Origin: Limnothrix sp. BL-A-16
GTDB taxonomy: Bacteria > Cyanobacteriota > Cyanobacteriia > CACIAM-69d
Direction of reading: 5' to 3'
Assembly (NCBI GenBank): GCA_041937175.2
Contig: CP166615.1
Coordinates: forward strand, 512,001 to 576,000
DNA length: 64,000 nucleotides
The notes under the pieces are model-generated. The model searched no databases. It saw only the letters and a program-made list of their open reading frames with translations, and was not told the DNA's origin. Position numbers and translations under genes: made by a program. Shown piece by piece: positions 10,458 through 20,719 of this stretch (positions are counted from its first letter, which is position 1; each line of letters begins with the position of its first letter).

Positions 10458-11114
10458 GATTTTCGCAGAATGGGGTTAAACAAAAAGGGGTTTGGCTATG
10501 TTGAGCTTGAAGTGGCTCTATCGTAGTGGGTTTTGCCAATTAATGGCGATCTCGAGGGCCAGTGGGGGTGTGGTTAGGAATGATTTTTAATAATTTTTTG
10601 TTGTTATCAATATAAGAAATCAAAATAGACCATCAAATGATCGGGATCAGGGCAGATCATGGGGGCATTATCCAAACCATTGCCAGCCATGCTCCAACAG
10701 GGAGCCAGTGGTTGACTCTGGAAGATTGCTCGGGGTAGCCCTGGGTTTCTTGCCAGGGTGATACGTAGGGTAATACAGGGATAATTTAACTCAATCGCCT
10801 GGTAATGGTTGGTGACCCCGTTGGCGAAGGGCGGTGATGATTTGGGGGTTCACTGGGGCGATCGCCTTGCAGAACCGGTGTTGCAACCTCTAGGGAGCGG
10901 GCGATCGGGCAGGGGCGACCCACAGCGAAGGACAGCCAACACCAGAGATCCCAGATCCCCTCAAAAAGTTGAAACCATATAGATTTTTGAAACCATAGAA
11001 GAACTAGGGCGATCGGCCATTTGGCCGCCGAAAGCACCGGAAAGTCCTATGGAGGCAGAGTCGGGAAGAACCCAGCGTTGCGAACCCTGGATAACAGAAA
11101 ATTGGGAAATACAA

Positions 11115-11188
11115 TCGGGATGACTGGATTCGAACCAGCGGCCCCCTCGACCCGAACGAGGTGCGCTACCAAGCTGCGCTACATCCCG
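11115..11188 (-). tRNA. trnP: tRNA-Pro (anticodon CGG)
   Basis: The reverse complement CGGGATGTAGCGCAGCTTGGTAGCGCACCTCGTTCGGGTCGAGGGGGCCGCTGGTTCGAATCCAGTCATCCCGA folds as a cloverleaf, with anticodon arm CCTCG-TT-CGG-GT-CGAGG. Confidence 0.97.
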
Positions 11189-11406
11189 AGACAGATTCCG
11201 CGATCGAGCCAGTGATTTGACCGGCGCGAAATTTGACCTTCAGAATTATAGGGGATGGTAAGCCATTTGCACGCAACTGGACGAGGAATTTTTTTATTTT
11301 TTTCGCGCCATTTTCTTATGCGCCATTGTCTTGCGCGCCGGGTTTGACCAGCCCCCTCTTGCCAGACCTGTTTTTATCACTCGTCTCGCTCAGCCCAGCC
11401 CTCGGC

Positions 11407-13437
11407 CTACAAAACCGATTCAGCCAGCGCCCCATCCACCGCCGTTTCCCGAAACTGGATCGAATCCTGGCGTGGATCCGCGTGGCTCACTTCCAACCAG
11501 AGGCGATCGCCCGGTGATAGATCGCGATGGAACCGCGTTGCCAGCTCCACCCCCAAATCCTCCAGCAGCACCGCCGCCAGACCGTCATCTTCGCGCAACC
11601 ATCGCAACATCAAGGTTTGCCAGGGGCCGCGGTTGCGCCGTAAATATTCCAAGATCCAATAGCGCGTGGTTTGACGTTCCACCAAAGTGGCCTCGTAGGC
11701 CGTGGAACTCACCCCTTGCACCAACTCCTGCATTTCATTAATCGAAAAGGGCAGGGTTTCGCCCCGCAGGTGCGCCTTAATTTGAAAGTGACCCAATAAA
11801 TCGGTGTAGCGGCGAATGGGTGAGGTGATTTGGGTGTAGGTATCCAGGGCGAGGCTGGAGTGGCGGGCGGGCGTGGTGCTCATTTCGCTGCGGGGCATAC
11901 AGCGGCGGATGGCACAGGCCCGCACGGGGCCCGCTGGCAACAGCATCAATTCTTCTGCGGGGGGAAGTTCCGGTTGGGGTTGGCTGCGGAAGGGCATCGG
12001 CAGGCTATTTTCTTGGCCGTAGCGGGCAGCCACTTCCCCGGCCAGAATCATCATTTCCGCCACCAGTCCCCGTGCGGCAGAATCGCCCAGGACTCGGATT
12101 TCAATTTCGTCATCCTTGACGGCGATCGAGGTTTCGGGCATTTCAATGCGGATTGCCCCTTGGCTGGCCCGCCAGCTTTCGCGGCGCTTGGCCCACTTGG
12201 CCAGGGCTGTGAGTTGTGGCTCGTCGGTGATGCCCAAATCGAGCATTTCGTCCACGTCGTCGTAGGTGAGGCGATAGGTGGGTTTGACGTGACTGGCGCG
12301 AATTTGGTAGTCCGCGACGGAGCCATCTTCGTTGAGCACGATGCCGAAGCTGAGGGCACAGCACTGCCGACCTTGTACGAGGCTCATGGGGCCGGTGGCC
12401 AGTTCGTGCGGAAACATGGGCACGGGGCCCGTGGGTAAATAGACGGTGGTGGCGCGGCGGCGGGCTTCGAGGTCTAGCTCGTTTCCGGGTTCTAGCCAGC
12501 GGGTGGGATCGGCAATATGTACCCAAATGCGCTCGGTGCCATCGCTGAGGAATTCTAGGCTGAGACCGTCGTCAATTTCGCGGGTGCTTTCGTCGTCGAT
12601 CGTGTAGGTTTTGAGGTGAACGAGGTCGAGCCGATCGCGATCCAGATCGGGGGGTGGGGATTCGAGGTACGCACGGGCCACATCAAGCACCTTGGCAGAA
12701 AAACGGGTGGGCAGTTGCGATCGCCGCAAGTGCAAATTTTCGTGGGGACTCCACAGGCCCAAGGCCACAAGCAGATCAAATGCACCGCGTTCGGTGGTCG
12801 GGCGATCGAGCTTTGCGAGTAAGTCTAACGCAGCCGATCGATTGGTCATTTCATCGCCTTGAACGGCATACCGTTCCAGTAATTCAAGGCGCTGACGAAA
12901 TGGCGAATCGTCGGGAATTTCGGGGCGATCGCCCGGGTTGCTGATGGCCGATTGAACCCACTCGCAAAAGGCCTGCTGTTCCTGTTCTCGCTGCCGGGTC
13001 AGCTCCTGTTGACGGCGCATTTCTGAGACTTGGCTAGCGGGTCGAGGTTCGTAGCGATCGCCCTTCTGCTTAAAAAATAGCTTATCCTCGCTCAGCATCC
13101 GGTGAGCAGCGTAACAAGTGACCGGCGAAGCTTCCGAAAAAAGAATTAGGCTCAATTCCTTGGCATCCACGGCGCGGTTGTCTTCCTCGCACAGCAGTTC
13201 CCAAGCCACTTCCAAACTGTCGGGGTCAAAGTAAGGCGCTGTGGCGGCTCGAAAGGCAGCAATGTCGGCGGGCTGAAACCCACCCCCAACGGTGTAGGTC
13301 ACATCCTGGGGACGAATCTTATAGCTCTTGCCCTGCTCGCCGATCGCGATGAAGAGTTTTTTGCCTTCCGGGCGATCGATTGTGGCCAACACCCGCTCGT
13401 CATCGAGTCGCAATTCAACCAGCGTTCCTTTGTCCAT
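11407..13437 (-). CDS. rnb: Ribonuclease II/R family exoribonuclease
   Basis: RNB motifs TIDDESTREIDDGLS, VHIADP and YTQITSPIRRYTDL. Confidence 0.93.
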   Translation of the reverse strand: MDKGTLVELRLDDERVLATIDRPEGKKLFIAIGEQGKSYKIRPQDVTYTVGGGFQPADIAAFRAATAPYFDPDSLEVAWELLCEEDNRAVDAKELSLILFSEASPVTCYAAHRMLSEDKLFFKQKGDRYEPRPASQVSEMRRQQELTRQREQEQQAFCEWVQSAISNPGDRPEIPDDSPFRQRLELLERYAVQGDEMTNRSAALDLLAKLDRPTTERGAFDLLVALGLWSPHENLHLRRSQLPTRFSAKVLDVARAYLESPPPDLDRDRLDLVHLKTYTIDDESTREIDDGLSLEFLSDGTERIWVHIADPTRWLEPGNELDLEARRRATTVYLPTGPVPMFPHELATGPMSLVQGRQCCALSFGIVLNEDGSVADYQIRASHVKPTYRLTYDDVDEMLDLGITDEPQLTALAKWAKRRESWRASQGAIRIEMPETSIAVKDDEIEIRVLGDSAARGLVAEMMILAGEVAARYGQENSLPMPFRSQPQPELPPAEELMLLPAGPVRACAIRRCMPRSEMSTTPARHSSLALDTYTQITSPIRRYTDLLGHFQIKAHLRGETLPFSINEMQELVQGVSSTAYEATLVERQTTRYWILEYLRRNRGPWQTLMLRWLREDDGLAAVLLEDLGVELATRFHRDLSPGDRLWLEVSHADPRQDSIQFRETAVDGALAESVL

Positions 13438-13691
13438 AGACTCGACACCAAGCCTGCACAGTTCGGCTCTTAGTGTAGGGGATTGGCTGGGCCCGCGAAC
13501 CGATCGCCCGGGAGAGGTTGTCGGCCGGAATTCGGAGGGTTAATCAACCGGTGGGTTAGGTTGAATGGACACATACAATTGCTTTCAATTGCCTTCAATC
13601 GCTTGTGGCTCCAACGTTGAGTTTCAATGTTGAGTTTTGCCATTGCTGTCAACCTCGCTGTAATCACCTCGCGGTCAGTCGCTGAAAATCT

Positions 13692-14525
13692 ATGGCTCCC
13701 TCAACGGTTAATCTGCCCTACTTCGATGCTTTGTTGGGCTTGCTGGATCGATCGCCCGCCGTGCAAACGGCCTTCCGCCGCCATGTCCATTGGGGTTACT
13801 GGGCCGATCCCGATCGGGCCCAAATCAGTCCCGCCGCCTTTGATGAAGCGGCCGAGCAGCTCACCCGTGAGGTGTATGGCACAACGCGGATTCAAAATGG
13901 GGCCAAGGTGCTGGATGTGGGCTGCGGGTTTGGCGGCACGATCGCCAGCCTGAATCAACAATTTTCAAACCTACAACTGACGGGGGTGAACATTGACCCG
14001 CGCCAGCTCGATCGGGCGAAACAGTGGGTGATTCCGCAAAATAACAACACCATTGAATGGGTGGAGGCTAACGCGATCGAGCTGCCTTTTCCGGATGCGT
14101 CTTTTGATGTGGTGTTGGCGGTGGAATGTATTTTTCACTTTCCTGATCGACAGCGATTTTTCCAAGAGGTGCGCCGGGTTCTGAAACCGAGTGGTCAACT
14201 GGCCATTTCAGACTTTTTGCCCAGTGATTTGTTAGCACTGTTGCCCAATCTCAAATCTCCCCTTGATAGCGCTGGCTTTTATGGCGGATTTGATGTGACC
14301 TATACTCTCAATTCCTATCGAAATTTGGCCCAAGAAACAGGATTTCGCCTCACCCAGGCTCGGGATATCACGGCGGAAACTTTGCCAACCTATAGTTGTT
14401 TTCGATCGATGGCGGTTGATAATCAATGGTTCGATCCGTCAGCGATGGTGCAAACTTTGGCGATTGAGCTGGCTAGCCGTCTGCGGGCGCTCAACTATTG
14501 GATTTTGCAGTTCGATCGTTGGTAA
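13692..14525 (+). CDS. Class I SAM-dependent methyltransferase (sterol/tocopherol MTase-like)
   Basis: HVHWGYW, VLDVGCGFGG, LPFPDASFDVV and VRRVLKPSG. Confidence 0.9.
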   Translation: MAPSTVNLPYFDALLGLLDRSPAVQTAFRRHVHWGYWADPDRAQISPAAFDEAAEQLTREVYGTTRIQNGAKVLDVGCGFGGTIASLNQQFSNLQLTGVNIDPRQLDRAKQWVIPQNNNTIEWVEANAIELPFPDASFDVVLAVECIFHFPDRQRFFQEVRRVLKPSGQLAISDFLPSDLLALLPNLKSPLDSAGFYGGFDVTYTLNSYRNLAQETGFRLTQARDITAETLPTYSCFRSMAVDNQWFDPSAMVQTLAIELASRLRALNYWILQFDRW

Positions 14526-14695
14526 ATCTTGGGTGCGCAGCTCTGAAGCCTTGAAGCTTGCAAGTGTTTAAGCCTGCCAGTAGATTTTTCAGTTCATGAA
14601 TGTTTCAGCTCGTCAATCCATTAGTTCATCTAGTTCATTAATCCATTAGTTCATCAGTCCTTGAGACAGGAGATCTTGAAAACGTGTCTTCAAAT

Positions 14696-15577
14696 ATGAA
14701 TCGATCGCCCATTACCGGTAAAACGCGATTGCTCGGCGTGATTGGGGATCCCATTGGCCATTCCCTCTCGCCAGTGATGCATAACCAGGCGATCGCCAGT
14801 TTGGGGGCCGATGCGGTTTATGTGGCTTTTCCGGTCAAGCCCGCAGACTTGACTAGGGCGATGGATGGCTTTGCGGCGGTGGAGGTGTTGGGTCTGAGCG
14901 TCACCATTCCCCATAAGCAGGCGGTGATGCCCCTGTTGGCCGAAATTTCCGACGTGGCCCGATCGGTTGGGGCCGTGAACACCCTGTGGCGAACTGATCG
15001 GGGCTGGGCCGGCACCAACACCGACGTGGACGGCTTCGTGGCCCCGCTCAAGGTGTTACGCGCCCATTGGCAGGGGGCCACGGCCCTGGTGTTGGGCACG
15101 GGGGGCGCGGCCCGAGCCGTAATTGCCGGAGCCAAACTTCTGGGGTGCGATCGGGTGGTGGTGGCCGGGCGCGACCCCCAAAAACTGGCGGCCCTGCAAC
15201 AGCACTTTGGGCCCCCAAACCCCCTGGCGATCGCCCTAGAAACGCTGTTGTGGTCAGACCTCGATCGGGTGCTTCCGGCCGCCGATTTGCTGGTGAACTC
15301 CACTCCTGTGGGAATGCATCCCTTGGCGGCCGACTCGCCCCTTTCGATCGGCCAATTGGCCCTGCTACCCCCCAGCAGCATTGCCTACGATTTGATTTAT
15401 ACGCCGCGTCCCACTTGCTTGCTGCAAATGGCGGGCGATCGGGGCTTGCAAACGATCGATGGGCTGGAAATGTTGGTGCAACAAGGGGCGGTGGCCCTGT
15501 CCCGCTGGTTGGGTCAGCCGGCCCCGGTGGCCGTGATGCGATCGGCCGTGGAGGCGTTTTTGACCCCCGGATCCTGA
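14696..15577 (+). CDS. aroE: Shikimate dehydrogenase
   Basis: GDPIGHSLSPVMHN, SVTIPHK, GAVNT, NTDVDG, GTGGAARA and DGLEMLVQQG. Confidence 0.96.
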   Translation: MNRSPITGKTRLLGVIGDPIGHSLSPVMHNQAIASLGADAVYVAFPVKPADLTRAMDGFAAVEVLGLSVTIPHKQAVMPLLAEISDVARSVGAVNTLWRTDRGWAGTNTDVDGFVAPLKVLRAHWQGATALVLGTGGAARAVIAGAKLLGCDRVVVAGRDPQKLAALQQHFGPPNPLAIALETLLWSDLDRVLPAADLLVNSTPVGMHPLAADSPLSIGQLALLPPSSIAYDLIYTPRPTCLLQMAGDRGLQTIDGLEMLVQQGAVALSRWLGQPAPVAVMRSAVEAFLTPGS

Positions 15578-15804
15578 CCGATGCTGTGATGGCTGGATGG
15601 TCTGGATCAATTCCAGATGAATTCCAAATGAATTTTTAGATGTGTTTTAGATCGGTTCCGGATGGATTCTGGATAGCGCCTGCCAGTGATTTTCTGGATG
15701 ATGGTTCATCCGAGTTCATCCCGAATTGATCTGAACGATTGACTAGCTGTTGATGATGTTGACTAGCCCTTTTTGAGACCTCCCCCGAGAGTCTGAAATC
15801 TCGA

Positions 15805-17712
15805 ATGAATCGATCGACGATCGTGCCCGCATTGGCCGCTGCTGCCTTTACCCTGCTGTCCTCCGTTGCGGCTTGGGTGGTGGATGATATCGCCCGTGAT
15901 CGATTCGTTGGAGAAGCCCGATCCAGCCTCTTGGCCCGCCTGAGCGCCAAGCGGGCCCGGCTGGAATCGGCCCTGAACGCTCGCATTCAAACGGCCCAAG
16001 GGATTATTCCCTACGAGCTGAATGCGGGGCCCCTGTCCCAAGGCCAGTTCAGCGCCTTTGTGCGATCGCTCATGCAGCAGCAACAGGGGGTGATTGCGGT
16101 GTTGTTGGTGCGATCGGCCCAGCCCGGTCAACCGCCGCCTCTGAACGATCCCCAAGCACTGCAAATCTTGGCCTATCCACCAAACACGGAAACCCAAGCC
16201 GTTTTGGATGACTACCGCCAACAACAACAGCGGTTTAAACGTCTGATTCCCAGTGGTCTTATTTCCCGACTGCCCCAGCCCTACACCAACCGGGCACGCT
16301 ACTTGGGCTACATCCCCGTTTGCGACGGGCGCTGCTCCAGTCGATCGCCCCTGCTGGGCATGGTGGTTGTGATCTTTGATGAGCTGGCCCTGCTGGCGGA
16401 TGCGGACTTGCTCAACAACGACAACAGCACGGAATACGCCATCTATGAGCATGGGGCCAATGGGGTGGGACGGTTGCTGTTTGGGTCGGCCACGGTGTTC
16501 GATCGCGATCCGGTGATTCTGGAAATTCCGTTGCTTACGGGGCGCTGGCAACTGGCCGCCGTGCCCACCCAAGGTTGGACAGTGGTGTCCACTTCCATGC
16601 TCTGGTTGCGGGTGGGCGAAGTGGTGGCGATCGTCCTGGGCACGGTGTTGACCTTCCTGCTGGTGCGCCAACCGATGCGGCTGCGGGTGGCGATCGCCCA
16701 AACCCGCGAAACCAACCGCCTGCTGCGAGAAGAAATTCTCGATCGACAACTGGCCGAAGCCAAATTGCAAAGCCTGGCGGAACAACTGGAGCAACGGGTG
16801 TTGGAGCGCACCGCCGAACTGTCCAAAGCCCTAGAACAGGTGCAAAAAGCGCAGGTGCAGGTTGTTCAGTCCGAAAAAATGTCCAGCCTGGGGCAGTTGG
16901 TGGCCGGCGTGGCCCACGAAATCAATAACCCGATCAACTTCATCTACGGCAATTTGGGCCATGCAAAGGAGTATATCCACGGCCTGTTGGGTTTTTTAGA
17001 GCTATTGCACCAGGAGCAGCCGGAACTGTCCCCCACCTTAGCGGCCTATGCCGAGGCGATCGACCTGGAATTTCTGGAGGACGACTTGCCACAACTCCTG
17101 AAATCCATGGAAATTGGTTCCGAGCGCATTTGCGGCATCGTGCAATCGTTGCGGATTTTTTCCCGATTGGATGAATCGGATCTGAAGCGGGTGGACATCC
17201 ACGAGGGCATTGACAGCACCCTGACAATCTTGAACCATCGCTTGAAAGGCAGCGAAACCCAACCGGCCATCATCATCCACCGCGACTACGATCCGGCCAT
17301 GCCTTCGGTGGAATGCTATGCGGGTCAGCTCAACCAGGTGTTTATGAACCTGTTGGTGAACGCGATCGATGCCTTGGAAGAGTTTGGCACGTTGGATCCA
17401 CAGATTACGATCGTCACGACCCTGCTGGATCCCAATCAGCTTCAAATCCGAATTACCGACAACGGCCCAGGCATTGCCACGGCGGCCCAATCCAAGATTT
17501 TTGATGCTTTTTTCACAACGAAGCCGGTGGGCAAAGGAACGGGGATGGGGCTGTCCATCTCCTATCAGGTGGTGGCCGATCGGCACAAGGGATCGCTGGA
17601 ATGCGTGACAGAGCCGGGCCAGGGAGCCACGTTTGTAATCACCATCCCGATCGAGCAACGGCCCGTCCCTGCGGCCTCTGCGGCAATTGACCCGGTCTCC
17701 TTAACAACCTAG
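15805..17712 (+). CDS. Membrane sensor histidine kinase (two TM helices, CHASE-like periplasmic region, HisKA + HATPase)
   Basis: EKMSSLGQLVAGVAHEINNP (H-box), QVFMNLLVNAIDA, DNGPGI and FFTTKPVGKGTGMGL. Confidence 0.93.
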   Translation: MNRSTIVPALAAAAFTLLSSVAAWVVDDIARDRFVGEARSSLLARLSAKRARLESALNARIQTAQGIIPYELNAGPLSQGQFSAFVRSLMQQQQGVIAVLLVRSAQPGQPPPLNDPQALQILAYPPNTETQAVLDDYRQQQQRFKRLIPSGLISRLPQPYTNRARYLGYIPVCDGRCSSRSPLLGMVVVIFDELALLADADLLNNDNSTEYAIYEHGANGVGRLLFGSATVFDRDPVILEIPLLTGRWQLAAVPTQGWTVVSTSMLWLRVGEVVAIVLGTVLTFLLVRQPMRLRVAIAQTRETNRLLREEILDRQLAEAKLQSLAEQLEQRVLERTAELSKALEQVQKAQVQVVQSEKMSSLGQLVAGVAHEINNPINFIYGNLGHAKEYIHGLLGFLELLHQEQPELSPTLAAYAEAIDLEFLEDDLPQLLKSMEIGSERICGIVQSLRIFSRLDESDLKRVDIHEGIDSTLTILNHRLKGSETQPAIIIHRDYDPAMPSVECYAGQLNQVFMNLLVNAIDALEEFGTLDPQITIVTTLLDPNQLQIRITDNGPGIATAAQSKIFDAFFTTKPVGKGTGMGLSISYQVVADRHKGSLECVTEPGQGATFVITIPIEQRPVPAASAAIDPVSLTT

Positions 17713-18188
17713 GGCCGATCGCAAAACTCATCAAAACGCAAGAAAAGACTCCCCAGTCCAGAACCCTGAAAGCTAGGATCGAATCGTCAGGAATCTTTTC
17801 TTGGGCCGAAGCAAGTCTGATGGGCTGATTGCTGATGATGATCAGCACCGGGCTTGCGCAATCAGGGTTGGTGCATCGCCTGGGTTAAATCACGGTTCAT
17901 GGATGAGTTGGCGATCGGCGATTGGTGATTAAGATGGGCGACTCATGATTAGCCACCCGCGATCGGCGATTCATCACCCGGGATCAGTCAATTTGGTGAC
18001 TGAGGCAACGTTCTTGGCCAATGGGCGAACGCGGGCCGGGTTTCCACAGCAGCGCCCCTTGCCCCAGCATGTTGATCAGTCCTGTTGGTTCCATTGATTC
18101 AGTTGATTCGGTCTTGGCCGTCCTTAACCCAGTCTTTCAAAACCGTTTATTTGTCGGGGATGTTTCGGAGAGTTAGGGTTAATCAACA

Positions 18189-20441
18189 ATGTCAGAATCC
18201 AGTACCCCTTCAGCAACCACCCTCAGAATCCTTGAGGCGGGCCAATCCATTCTGCCGATCGAAGTGCAACCCCCTGCGGACTTAGACAGCACCACGGCCG
18301 ATGCTGCCGCCACGGACTCCGCCATGGATTCCGCCATTGATCAGAATTCCCCCATTGAGCGCCTGTTATCGACTGCCAGCGAAACGATGGTGGATGTTGT
18401 GACCCATAGCCAAGTGTTGCTTGCGGTGGTGCAGCCGGACAGCTTTGAAGTGGACATGGCCAATGCGGCGTTTTGTCAGGCGGTGAAGCTGGCCGGTCGC
18501 CAGGAGTCGGTGCGTGGTTTGGTGGCCGTTGGCCGATCGCTCGCGGATTTGTTGCCGGGATTAGAAACCGAAGTCTTGCGCGATTGGCTGCGACGACAGG
18601 TGGCCTACCGCCTGTTGCTCGATCGCCACCCCAAGGACAGCCGAATTCGGCGGCTGTTGAATGCGCCGAAGTTGGTGCAAGTGGCCGATCGCTGGTTGGA
18701 ATTGTGGATGCGGCCGGGGGCCTTGGTGTTTGAGTCGATCGCCCCCGATGTGCAAACCCTGATGGAAGCCTCCACTTCCTTACCCTCCTTTGAAAGCGCG
18801 TTCCAGTTGGAATGGTGCCAATTTAAGGGGCAACTGTTGTTGGAAGGGTGGGATGTGACCGCGCGGGAGCAACTACGCCGGTTGGGTCGCCTGTTGCTGA
18901 ATGGCCATTCCATCCTGCAGCCGGAGAAGTTCCGGGAGGTGGGGCAATCCATGCGATCGCTCTTTTCCGGCGATGCCACCTTTGTGTTGCGCACCGATGG
19001 CGATCGGCTGCAATTAACCCTGGGGAATGAGGCGCGGCTACGCACCGTCCGGGGCTACGACCTGGGAGATTTGCGCGAGTCGCCCTGTTTAGCGGCCATG
19101 CAGTTGGAGCGGGTGACGATCGTTCGGGATTTGGCCACCCAGGCCGTCACCCCCCTAGAGCAGGATTTGCGCGATCGCGGGGCCCGATCGCTGTTGTTGA
19201 TTCCCCTGTTGCTGCGAGATAAGGCGGGCGATCGGCCACCCCTATTGATGGGGTTAGTGGGGGTGGCCAGTCGCCTGCCTGATAACTTTGACCTGCTGGA
19301 CATCAATCGAGCGGAACTGCTGCAACCTTCTTTAGCTGTGGCCCTGCGCCAGGCCGGCCAGTCCCACTTCAGCAACATTCACCCGGCCGTGGAATGGAAA
19401 TTTTTGCAGGAGGCAGAGCGGCGGAGTTGGGGCCTGCCACCCCAGCCGATCGCCTTTGAGAATGTTTATCCGCTCTATGGCATCTCCGACATTCGCGGTT
19501 CATCCCTCGCGCGCGATCGGGCCATTCAAACGGATTTGCTGTCCCAGTTTCGCCAAGCCCTGGCCATTCTGGACTGTGCTTGCGCGGCCAAAGATCTGCC
19601 CCTGTTGCGGCAACTGCGCTTGGACTTGCAGGAATATATCCACAACCTTGAAGGCGGCGTGACCGTGGAAGCGGAAGTGCGCGGGGCCCAATACCTGCGG
19701 GAAAACATTGAAGACGACTTGGACTATCTGGCAGGGCTAGATCCGGCCACCGCCGCCGCCGTCACCGCCTATCGCCAAGCTTGCGACAATCCCCATGGAG
19801 CCGTCTACGAAGCCCGCGCTGAATATGACCATTTGGTGAGTGAAATTAATCGTCGGATGCGGGAAACCTGGGATCGCTGCCAAAGCAAAATGCAGTCGAT
19901 CGCCCCCCACTACTGCGACATTGAATCCACCGACGGCATTGATCACATGATCTATGCCGGTGGCTCCATCTATCCCGACTTCACCAGCTTTCACCTCCGC
20001 AGCCTGCGGTACGAGCAACTGCGAGCCGTCTGTGCCTGTGCGCGGATGGGCTTTGAAATTGAGCGCACCCTCAGCGACCAATTACGCCTGACCCATCTCG
20101 TGTTAGTTCAGGGTTCTACGGTGGATATTCTGCATGATGAAAACACCGAAAAGCTCTTTGATGTGCGAGGAACCCGCGACACGCGCTATGAAATTGTCAA
20201 AAAGCGGATCGACAAGGCCCGCGACGCGATCACAGGGGAACGAATTACCCAGCCCGGCTGCCTCACGGTGGTTTATGCCACGGAGGATGAGGGCCACGAA
20301 TATCAAGAATATTTGCGCTACTTGGAACGCGAGGGCATGATTGGTTCCAAGCGCGAGAGCGGCGAGGTGGAATCGCTCCAGGGAGCCAATGGGTTGCGGT
20401 TTATCCGGGTGGCTGTGTTGCCGCCAGAACCCGATCGCTAA
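18189..20441 (+). CDS. GAF-domain protein with an uncharacterised C-terminal region
   Basis: 750-aa ORF with a GAF-like segment 'LRDRGARSLLLIPL...GLVGV'. No kinase, REC or GGDEF motif recognised. Confidence 0.8.
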   Translation: MSESSTPSATTLRILEAGQSILPIEVQPPADLDSTTADAAATDSAMDSAIDQNSPIERLLSTASETMVDVVTHSQVLLAVVQPDSFEVDMANAAFCQAVKLAGRQESVRGLVAVGRSLADLLPGLETEVLRDWLRRQVAYRLLLDRHPKDSRIRRLLNAPKLVQVADRWLELWMRPGALVFESIAPDVQTLMEASTSLPSFESAFQLEWCQFKGQLLLEGWDVTAREQLRRLGRLLLNGHSILQPEKFREVGQSMRSLFSGDATFVLRTDGDRLQLTLGNEARLRTVRGYDLGDLRESPCLAAMQLERVTIVRDLATQAVTPLEQDLRDRGARSLLLIPLLLRDKAGDRPPLLMGLVGVASRLPDNFDLLDINRAELLQPSLAVALRQAGQSHFSNIHPAVEWKFLQEAERRSWGLPPQPIAFENVYPLYGISDIRGSSLARDRAIQTDLLSQFRQALAILDCACAAKDLPLLRQLRLDLQEYIHNLEGGVTVEAEVRGAQYLRENIEDDLDYLAGLDPATAAAVTAYRQACDNPHGAVYEARAEYDHLVSEINRRMRETWDRCQSKMQSIAPHYCDIESTDGIDHMIYAGGSIYPDFTSFHLRSLRYEQLRAVCACARMGFEIERTLSDQLRLTHLVLVQGSTVDILHDENTEKLFDVRGTRDTRYEIVKKRIDKARDAITGERITQPGCLTVVYATEDEGHEYQEYLRYLEREGMIGSKRESGEVESLQGANGLRFIRVAVLPPEPDR

Positions 20442-20719
20442 CTTCAGGTCGATCGCCCTGGTGATAACACGGCGATTAATGACGTGGTGATTGATTCAGA
20501 ACGGTTGAGGATTGGCCCGGTGGATTATTAGTCGGGATTGCTGCTTGAGATCGCTCGTTGGGATCACTGGGCGATCGAACCGTTCGTAACCGGTGTAATT
20601 GTCCGGAATCGCGGGCTGCTTTGAGGATGGCCAGGGATAGGAAGTGGGCCCCGCAACCCAACTGTTGGGAAGCAGCCCCCCGATCGCTGTTGATTACTGT
20701 GGGGACGAAATAGGCGACT

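Noticed and set aside
15763..16794. Long antisense ORFs (343 aa here; also 1984-2874, 35736-36623, 32309-33115 and 55454-56170)
   Set aside because: They are shadow frames opposite well-supported GC-rich genes and show no domain motifs.
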